Source: a virus. Taken from it: a stretch of DNA of 64,000 bases. Location: IMG/VR virus record IMGVR_UViG_3300003690_000090, positions 8,989-72,988 of that record. One strand, given 5' to 3'. The notes under the pieces are model-generated. The model did no database searches. It saw only the letters and a program-made list of their open reading frames with translations, and was not told the DNA's origin. Shown here piece by piece: positions 56,599 to 64,000 of the stretch; positions within the stretch are counted from its first letter, which is position 1, and each line of letters opens with the position of its first letter. Position numbers and translations under genes: made by a program.

Positions 56599-57353
56599 TG
56601 GCGAGAGTCACAATCAAAGACATCACCGAGGGTGGTTCTCTCAATATCGAGGATGTCAACGACACCATTGAGTCTTGGAACGATGCATCCAAGCAAATCA
56701 ACGGTGACAATGTCAGGATTCAAGGGTTGGACCAGAGAGTGTTTGGCCCAGTCGTTCGCAAGCCACCAACCGCCTATACATCTGGAAGCGGTGCTGGGTG
56801 GGTTCCGCATTCACCTACGCTAAATTTCTTGCCTGTAAAGACCACCGGAGCCGATGCCATTATCGTTCCGAGCTGGTTCTCAAGTGAGGGAGATACGCTC
56901 ATCATCCGAGCGTCTTTTCAGTTCTACATGCTAGCAAACGGTGAACGCTATAAGGATGGTACCGTTCCTGTTATCTCGTTTGTCTTGCAATACGGAGATG
57001 GCCAGAATTATTATGAGTTGAACAATACCCAGAGGACGTTTCAAATCTCTTACATGTATTCAGACGAAAGCTATGGTTGGCCCGTCCAGGTTGGCACTAC
57101 AACGTACTTGCATGAGTATGGATTCAATTGGGAAAGTAACCCTAAGGGCGACACCCCAACAGAACAGACTTGCACGATCGTTCACTTGGTAGAGCCGGGG
57201 GAGCTCAGTAGACCAGGTCACAAATTTCGAATTGCCTATCGTGCTGCTAATGCGGACCTGCAGATCACCTCGGTTCCCAGCAATACCTACCTTGATACGC
57301 CAAAGGTGTACATTGGTTGGCTGAACTTCAACTCTACAGTCTATAGGAGATGA
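56598..57353 (+). CDS. Tail-associated protein
   Basis: 251 aa; coupled start. Confidence 0.55.
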   Translation: MARVTIKDITEGGSLNIEDVNDTIESWNDASKQINGDNVRIQGLDQRVFGPVVRKPPTAYTSGSGAGWVPHSPTLNFLPVKTTGADAIIVPSWFSSEGDTLIIRASFQFYMLANGERYKDGTVPVISFVLQYGDGQNYYELNNTQRTFQISYMYSDESYGWPVQVGTTTYLHEYGFNWESNPKGDTPTEQTCTIVHLVEPGELSRPGHKFRIAYRAANADLQITSVPSNTYLDTPKVYIGWLNFNSTVYRR

Positions 57354-57354
57354 A

Positions 57355-58200
57355 ATGGGCACCAATACTCCTAAGGTGACTGTCAGTACAACGACGTCAG
57401 CATCTGACCTACACGACAAGATCGATACTCTCGAGGACTTCGTAAACTACGGAATAGACACATCCTACGAGATTCAAGGGCCAGGCAACCCGATCAGCAC
57501 GGAACCCTGGGTCGAAACGAACCACATCTGGGCACCAGATTTTTACGGAGCTCCGGCACCGAGAACTGAGCTCGTCAGCTCACAGGTTCATTACCGCCGA
57601 ACTCTCAATGACATCATCAATGAGGGCGCTCATTTCTCCGCAGCGCACTCGGCAAAAAGCTGGCAGTACATTCCCGGCCTGACTGCCAGCGTCAAGTTGA
57701 TGAGGGATTGCATTGTTGACGTCACGGCATCGTGGTTTGCGTTTGAATACGGCGGCATCACTGGTGTCGAGACTACATTCGAGAAAAAGGAAGCCTGCAA
57801 GTTTAGGCTGGCTGTGAACGACACCGGGTATTCCTCTACCACCAGGTATCTGCGCACTTCCTGTGGGTTGAATACACACATCACCAGAAAGCAATTCAGT
57901 GTTGTGAAGCAGCTGGAACTTGCCGCTGGTGTTCACAACATCGGCATCCGGCTCTACCTGGCCGAACGAGTTTTTCACAACCCCCCCTTAGTCCCGGCCT
58001 ACAACAAAAAAGTAGACCAAATCAAGTTTGTGTTCGTTGGTGGTCGGAACATTGTGATCGATGCGCACGAAAAGAAGAACCTGGATGATGCGATCACTCG
58101 AGAAGCAAAGGTGGGCGAGCCTTCAGAAGAAGACGCATTCGGCGATACCGAACTCGTCGATGGTCCGGATGGCATGAAACCCTCAAAGAAAACCTACTAG
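57355..58200 (+). CDS. Tail-associated protein
   Basis: 281 aa; IPGL, L.AG.H.I beta-sandwich motifs. Confidence 0.55.
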   Translation: MGTNTPKVTVSTTTSASDLHDKIDTLEDFVNYGIDTSYEIQGPGNPISTEPWVETNHIWAPDFYGAPAPRTELVSSQVHYRRTLNDIINEGAHFSAAHSAKSWQYIPGLTASVKLMRDCIVDVTASWFAFEYGGITGVETTFEKKEACKFRLAVNDTGYSSTTRYLRTSCGLNTHITRKQFSVVKQLELAAGVHNIGIRLYLAERVFHNPPLVPAYNKKVDQIKFVFVGGRNIVIDAHEKKNLDDAITREAKVGEPSEEDAFGDTELVDGPDGMKPSKKTY

Positions 58201-58232
58201 ATGTTAGTCTGGTCAAACCAGTTGGATGATTG

Positions 58233-58644
58233 ATGGGCAGCGAATTCACCAAATCTGAAACCTCGGATATTCGGGGGGAGACTGCCACTGGTGCGCTGAA
58301 GGGTGCCGGTGCCGGCGCTGCTACCGGGGCTACTATCGGTGCCGCTTCGGGTGGCGGCATTTTTTCTTGGTTGACCGGTGCGGTTGGTTTTGTCGTCGGG
58401 GCGGTTGCTGGAGGCATTGGTGGCGCCGTCATGGCTAGCAGAGAAGCCAAAGCGGCAGCCGAAACGGCCCGAGTAGCAGTTTCTGCAAGGAAGGCCCAAA
58501 CCGAAGCCATTCACAGATCTCAAGAATTCGAACGAGACACCGGCCAGGCCGATCATTTCAGATGACGCAGCTCTTGTGCAAGCGACCGACGTAGGTGGTG
58601 GGACTGCCTACGATCGCTGGTACAGAGACAATTTCCGCGCTTAG
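58233..58644 (+). CDS. Gly-zipper internal virion (ejection) protein; probable 1-nt frameshift near 58540
   Basis: GAGAGAATGATIG...VGAVAGGIGG zipper; the +1 frame continues ARPIISDDAALV...DNFRA* up to the next RBS. Confidence 0.5.
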
Positions 58645-58653
58645 GACACCACC

Positions 58654-59946
58654 ATGCCAACAGTTGCAAACGCAAACCCAGCAAACGTCGATTTACTTAA
58701 AGATGAGGATCTGGGAGAGGAACTCGATTTTTTTCTTGGTGAAGAGGACGTCGATGAGGAGGCCCCCGCAGCCCCCGAAGCCCCCGCCGGCCCTGGTGTG
58801 CTCGCAAGAGTGGAGGAAGGTGCGGAACTGGATCCGGATGACTTGGCCACCTTGGTTGAGAACTTGCAAAAAGCAAAGGTAGACACCGCACAGGTGCGCT
58901 CCGGCCTTTCCGAAGAACTGCAAGAAGCCCTTCGCATTGCAGAAGGCACGGAAGGGGAAGCAGAGAGATTCGCTGCAGGCACCGTTGGGTGGTCGGCTCT
59001 TCAACAAGTGCCCTTCCTGGCGGACTATGCGTTCGGGATTGGCAAACGATCTCGGCAGCAGATTCGTAAGTTGGAATCGGAGGTTCCACAGGGTCTTAGC
59101 GAGGCCCAGGAGCAAGCGTTTGCAGATCTAGAGGGTGGTGTTGGCGTTCGTTCTAGGGAGTGGAGGATGCGCCAACAGTCACTCGAGGCGTCCAAGGGAA
59201 AGCAGATATCCGCAAGAGACCTCCAGCGTACCAGAGACGCGATGCGCAAGGAGATTCAGGAAGGGGCCACCAAGATCGGCTTGACCAAGACGATCACAGA
59301 CATCACGCTGCAAAACCAACAGGAAGCACAGAGGCAATCAGACCTGGACCAGCATGCCCAGTTCCAATCGCTTTACTTCAACAAGCTCATTGCCACCCCT
59401 TTGGCAGAGACCATTGGATCGGTTGGGGAGTTTCAGGCCAAGAGGGCTGCATACAGAGCTGCGCCTGACGTGGAATCGAGCATTGAGAAGCTTCGAGAGC
59501 AGGGCGTGAGCGAGGACGACATTGCCGCAATGTTGTTCTTAGCTCTTGAGAAAAGACCAGCCGAACGGAAAAAGTACCTGTCGGAAATTGCCACCGCTTA
59601 TACCTCCCTTGGAGACGAGGGAGAGACGCGTGCGCAATCAGCTGTTCGTGCTGCAGAGCCATCACCAGGCGAACAAGCGGAAGTGGAAAGAACCGCAACC
59701 GTGCCTGCTGGTCAGAACTGGACCCTGCCGAGAAACGGCGATGACGTACATGGTCCATTTGTGCTGTTGGAACCGGGCACCGATCCCTTCATGTACTACT
59801 GGGATCAACAACAGGAGCAATACATCGCTTATAAGAAAGGGGAGCAGAACATGATTCCGATCTCCAACACGAACACGGAGGCTGTTCAAAAACTACAGCC
59901 AGCGTTTAAGGCCTATTACGATTCAACCAAACCACAAGGTGAGTAG
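58654..59946 (+). CDS. Internal virion (ejection) protein
   Basis: 430 aa, helical and Q/E/A-rich; position. Confidence 0.6.
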   Translation: MPTVANANPANVDLLKDEDLGEELDFFLGEEDVDEEAPAAPEAPAGPGVLARVEEGAELDPDDLATLVENLQKAKVDTAQVRSGLSEELQEALRIAEGTEGEAERFAAGTVGWSALQQVPFLADYAFGIGKRSRQQIRKLESEVPQGLSEAQEQAFADLEGGVGVRSREWRMRQQSLEASKGKQISARDLQRTRDAMRKEIQEGATKIGLTKTITDITLQNQQEAQRQSDLDQHAQFQSLYFNKLIATPLAETIGSVGEFQAKRAAYRAAPDVESSIEKLREQGVSEDDIAAMLFLALEKRPAERKKYLSEIATAYTSLGDEGETRAQSAVRAAEPSPGEQAEVERTATVPAGQNWTLPRNGDDVHGPFVLLEPGTDPFMYYWDQQQEQYIAYKKGEQNMIPISNTNTEAVQKLQPAFKAYYDSTKPQGE

Positions 59947-59948
59947 CA

Positions 59949-60445
59949 GTGGCATGGAAGGGCGGCTTTTCAGTAGGCGTTGATACGACCCCGGAAGCGG
60001 ATTCCGACCAGGCCGCACAGTATCCAGACGGAAAGACGCCCCGCCTGTTCGAGACGACCTCCGGCTTGCCAAGGTAGACCTGGCGGTTGGTCTCATGACC
60101 AACATTGGACCCAACCAGGTCGACTTCAGGTCACCCTGGACCTTTGCCCAGATAGGGCTCCAGATACAGGCCATTACAGGCGCTACAGTCATCCAGGCAA
60201 CCGACCCCTACGTCGTGTATGTCTGTGGCGGCAGCGGCGTTTACAGCGTGATTCTGCCGGCTGTAGCGTCATCCACGAACCGGGTTCTAATCTTCAAGAG
60301 AACCAACGCGTCTAACAACGTAACTATCGATGGAAACGCGTCGGAAACTATCGATGGCGCTACCACAAAGGTTCTTTCTTCTCAGTACGATTCGATTATG
60401 ATTGTGTGCGATGGGTCTGCGTGGCACATCCTCGCTGACAACTAG
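59949..60445 (+). CDS. Virion protein with a fibre-type beta C-terminal domain; 5' part possibly frameshifted
   Basis: LP.......R..IFK...SN.VTIDG..SETIDG....L...Y.S.....DG..W domain (60095-60445); RBS + GTG at 59949 is out of frame. Confidence 0.5.
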
Positions 60446-60453
60446 GACACCAC

Positions 60454-63156
60454 ATGGCCGTAAGAACAGCTTCCTACTACGCCCCCCCGCCTCAAGCCGG
60501 CAAGCCAGTTGGCGTGGCGATGCTCGAGTATTTTTGGATCACCAGGTTCGACGAGAACCAGGAGCGCCACAAGGAGCGACTGAGGCAACTGAATCCTGAC
60601 GGGCTGAGGAAGGAGAGAATTGCCCTGTATGCGGAGCGCCAAAAGCTCGAAGATGCCCGTGCCAAGATCCTAAGCGATGACGCAACCCTCCGCGCCCAAG
60701 CCATCACTGATTTCAACAAGGCTCAGGTGGACATTTTCAAGGGCCGGGCAACCCTCACGGGAAAGAGGATCGAGGCAGGCCAACGAGGCTACACCGCTGA
60801 GAAAAAACGCGAATCCGAATCCAGAGCTGCACGCGCCATCGGCCCCGAAACAAGGGCTTTTTTGCATGACCAACTTAAGGAAAGTCGGAATACGCGTGAT
60901 GATGCGGCCCGCGCCGAAAAGGTCCTTAATGCCGTAAACACCGCGATGACGATGGAGACCGGCGTGCTGGGTGGCGGCTCTAAACTTGAGAAATTCGATA
61001 CGTTGCTGCTTGAAGCTTTCATTGCTCTTGATGGTGATCCAGAAATGCAAATCGCTGTCATGCGAAGGGTTCGCCCGAACCAGCCGGCGGCGGTTGAAGT
61101 TAACGGGAAGTATTACCCAGTCAACTTTCCGCAAGAATACCAGGATCGGTACGGTGGGGATTCTGATGCCTGGCTTCAACTCCAAGCTTATAGGCATTGG
61201 CAGAAGTATGGTGTAGGCGACCCATCGCTGATGGCCCCGGTGGCCGCTGGTGCCACAATAGGCGAAAACGCGCTGGCCTCTATCAACAACGCCATTCTCG
61301 ATATAGATGCAGAGATGAAGGGCCTTCGTCGTCTCGAGGGTCGCTCGAGGGAAGAATACGATGCCCTGCGCGAGAAAGGCTTCGATCCGCTGGCGCCCAT
61401 TCGCAGAAAGGCCTGGGAAGGCGAGGCGATGATCGACCGGGTGGCCAGGCTGCAGCAGATCGATCCGGACCGAGCTAAAGTTCAACTCGCAGCAGCTCGG
61501 GCGAAATACGAAGGCAAGGGCGTGCCGGCCAGCCCATTGGTCCGCCGTATTGAACAAGGCATTCGTACAGCTCGCGGTGAAGAGATTGAGATGCCTGAAG
61601 TGTTTCAGGGCGTTGGTACGGCTGGCAACATGGTGGACTACATCCAGACCGAAACCGATGCGATTCTGGGTCTTCTTGAGGGTGACGACGACCAGAAGCG
61701 CCAGGCCATTGAGCGTGCTTGGGAATTGAACGACACGCTGCATAATCCACTGGTTCAAGGGCAGGTAGAGGCCATTGGTTTTCTAGACTTGGAAAGTGGG
61801 GAAAGAGTTACCATCGCTGATGAACAGTCGGGCTTGGCTGGGTACATGCGTGAGGCCCAGGAGGCAATGGATGGAGGCGATGCCACCGCGATGTATGAGT
61901 GGATCGCTGCCGGCATTAACGATGTTCAGGGTGCCGTTAGCGCCAACATTCAGGAGAACCCAGATCTTCATCGTCTTTCATATCTCGGCAATACCTACGA
62001 GGAGGTCATTCGCGGGACTCTCGAGTCCGGACAAGAGGAAGACTACGATGCCTATGGGCAGAGGCTTGCCGGCATTCAGCACAGTCTGAATGCACTTCCA
62101 GAAGCACTGCGCGGCGAGGCCGGTGACGCTATTGTTTCGGAAATCAACCGAATGGAAGACCATGGGGATCGCCGGTACATGGAGTCGATGCTGACCGGTA
62201 TCGCTGGAGGCATGGGGACATACCGTGGAGCTCCTGCGGCACCACGGCCACCAGCGGTAGTCATGCAGCCGGAGCCAGCACCGGCAGGACCTCCAGTGGC
62301 AGAGCCCGCACCTGAGCCTGCGCCCACACCAGGAGCCACTAGAAAGATTGTTGATGTCAGGCCACTGCCTGCACCTGAACCCACCATGCCAACGCCTGGC
62401 GAAGTTGCGGCCGAAGCTCAAGAACGATTCCCAACCGACCCCGATGCCCCTCGACCATCTGGCGTGCCGCGTGATAAGCCGGATATTGGCAGCAAACCTC
62501 CTAGTGTGGATCCTGAAGTTCATAGACCACCGCCAGCCACATACGATCGGCCCGATCCTGGCGATCCGCGCTCTGGTCCGAGCGCCAAGGTAGTTCAGCC
62601 TTCTCGGGTACGCGACGGCGAAACAGCGCAGCAAATTGCTGCCCGCACCAGTGAGGAGGATAGAGGTCGCCGCCAAGCGGAGGAGCAACGTCGTCAGCAA
62701 ATACTCCGCAAGGGTGGTGGCGAGCCGGAGGGTGAATTTGACTTTCTAAACGCAAGAAGAAATCTTCTTGATTGGCGGGCAACCATGCCTGCTCCCACCC
62801 CAGAGCCAGCACCCCAGCCTACAACGACAACCACCATCAGCGGACCCACGGGCATGGACCCAATTTCACCCCCGATGAACATCCAGCCAGGTCAGTCCGT
62901 ACCGGAAACCGGGAAAGATCGGTACGGCGGTAAATACCAAGGCGTCCATCGGCGCAGTAATGTGGATCCTGGGAAGGTGATTTCCACCAGGTGGTATCCG
63001 GAGAAAGAGATTGTTCATCAGTGGGAACAGCGCCTGAACAGCGAAGGTGTGGTTCTCGATTCCACCATGGCTAAAAGGGCAAGATCTACGGGCGGCGATC
63101 TCGAGCAGCAAATGTACGCGGAACTAGTCGGAACCGTCAGATCGGGGTCGCGCTGA
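60454..63156 (+). CDS. Large internal virion protein with a Pro-rich C-terminal region
   Basis: 900 aa; AGGA RBS; position in the ejection-protein block. Confidence 0.65.
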   Translation: MAVRTASYYAPPPQAGKPVGVAMLEYFWITRFDENQERHKERLRQLNPDGLRKERIALYAERQKLEDARAKILSDDATLRAQAITDFNKAQVDIFKGRATLTGKRIEAGQRGYTAEKKRESESRAARAIGPETRAFLHDQLKESRNTRDDAARAEKVLNAVNTAMTMETGVLGGGSKLEKFDTLLLEAFIALDGDPEMQIAVMRRVRPNQPAAVEVNGKYYPVNFPQEYQDRYGGDSDAWLQLQAYRHWQKYGVGDPSLMAPVAAGATIGENALASINNAILDIDAEMKGLRRLEGRSREEYDALREKGFDPLAPIRRKAWEGEAMIDRVARLQQIDPDRAKVQLAAARAKYEGKGVPASPLVRRIEQGIRTARGEEIEMPEVFQGVGTAGNMVDYIQTETDAILGLLEGDDDQKRQAIERAWELNDTLHNPLVQGQVEAIGFLDLESGERVTIADEQSGLAGYMREAQEAMDGGDATAMYEWIAAGINDVQGAVSANIQENPDLHRLSYLGNTYEEVIRGTLESGQEEDYDAYGQRLAGIQHSLNALPEALRGEAGDAIVSEINRMEDHGDRRYMESMLTGIAGGMGTYRGAPAAPRPPAVVMQPEPAPAGPPVAEPAPEPAPTPGATRKIVDVRPLPAPEPTMPTPGEVAAEAQERFPTDPDAPRPSGVPRDKPDIGSKPPSVDPEVHRPPPATYDRPDPGDPRSGPSAKVVQPSRVRDGETAQQIAARTSEEDRGRRQAEEQRRQQILRKGGGEPEGEFDFLNARRNLLDWRATMPAPTPEPAPQPTTTTTISGPTGMDPISPPMNIQPGQSVPETGKDRYGGKYQGVHRRSNVDPGKVISTRWYPEKEIVHQWEQRLNSEGVVLDSTMAKRARSTGGDLEQQMYAELVGTVRSGSR

Positions 63157-64000
63157 TGGGATACACACGATCTGGTAGAAGCCCGAGCAGGCCGCAAGAA
63201 GCGGCTGTGGCCCAGAAGCCAGCGGAGACAGACGAGAACGCGTTGCGTGCTGCGATGGGTCTTTCGCCAAAGCCACTACGTCCGACTGTTCGGACTAGAT
63301 CTGCTGCGCGTACCGTGACGCCACCAGTGCCTGTGCAGAGTCTCAACTACGGTCCGGAAACTACTCCGGAGATTAGGGCCGAGGCTGCCCGTATTCGAGG
63401 AGAGGTTGGCGGTGGTGAGGTCCATGGCCAAGTGGAGCCGCCTGCACCAACGCCTGCACCAACGCCCGTGCGCATATCGACTCAACAAATTTCCGCGTTG
63501 AACAATCTTCGAGAAAGTATTGGTGGTTGGGATCCAGCCAAGCAGATGGGCCTTTCTGCGGACGCCGTGTCTAAGGCCTCAAATACGCTGGAACAATGGA
63601 GGAGGGCGCTGGGTCTGACCGAGCGTGAATTTGGTTATCTGCTTATGGCCGGATCCCAGGAGATTTACGACCAACAAGATTGGATTAGGAACGAGTTGTA
63701 CAAGGATACTTGGGGGGACATCCCAGCACCACGAATGGGAAGTGCGTGGAACATTTTGCAGCCCGCAACCAATTTGCCAGGAAGGCTTCGTAACTACGAA
63801 GGAGACTTGAGGTCTCGGCTTCAATCTCTTGAGCCGATGGAAGTTCAAACATCATCTGGGCCAAGACGCGTCGTGCCAGGAGCAAGCGGGGAATCTCTCA
63901 GAAGCCTTGGTGTGTCGGATACGGACATCCAAAGACTACAATCGGCTTATGAGGCAGACCCTGGAAAATACGAATTGCAGTCTTTGGATGTCCGTATCCG
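63156..64000 (+). CDS. N-terminus of a giant virion protein, open to the window end
   Basis: TGATG-coupled start MGYTRSGRSPS...; no stop codon to 64000. Confidence 0.7.
   Translation, partial: MGYTRSGRSPSRPQEAAVAQKPAETDENALRAAMGLSPKPLRPTVRTRSAARTVTPPVPVQSLNYGPETTPEIRAEAARIRGEVGGGEVHGQVEPPAPTPAPTPVRISTQQISALNNLRESIGGWDPAKQMGLSADAVSKASNTLEQWRRALGLTEREFGYLLMAGSQEIYDQQDWIRNELYKDTWGDIPAPRMGSAWNILQPATNLPGRLRNYEGDLRSRLQSLEPMEVQTSSGPRRVVPGASGESLRSLGVSDTDIQRLQSAYEADPGKYELQSLDVRI

Overview
The window looks like most of a circularly permuted, podovirus-type dsDNA bacteriophage genome. The + strand virion block (37.5-64 kb, wrapping to 0-9.4 kb) holds terminase, portal, scaffold, major capsid, tail adaptor/nozzle, internal proteins, small beta-rich appendage proteins and a PGBD lysin. 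The - strand block (9.4-24.6 kb) covers replication, recombination and DNA modification: RecT, YqaJ exonuclease, VapE/VirE ATPase, Zn-finger/TOPRIM primase, PAPS-reductase-like protein, N4/N6 MTase, QueC, a TGT/DpdA-like gene and an SF2 helicase. An early-gene-like accessory region (24.9-33.9 kb) of small genes is followed by a C5 MTase and RusA. I recognised no DNA polymerase, integrase or tRNA. The most notable signals are: (i) about 28 co-oriented AAGyGCTACCyGGnCCG motifs in six intergenic clusters; (ii) two terminator-ended candidate sRNAs at 37.3-37.5 kb, antisense to the shared leader/RBS of early and replication transcripts; (iii) an ATPase-less VapE paralogue beside an iteron-like origin; (iv) a dpdA-like/queC cassette bounded by an 18-bp direct repeat; (v) a 2.6-kb tract with no CCC or CCT on the + strand. 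Several single-base frameshifts suggest indel errors in the assembly. All calls come from reading motifs by eye; no database searches were run.
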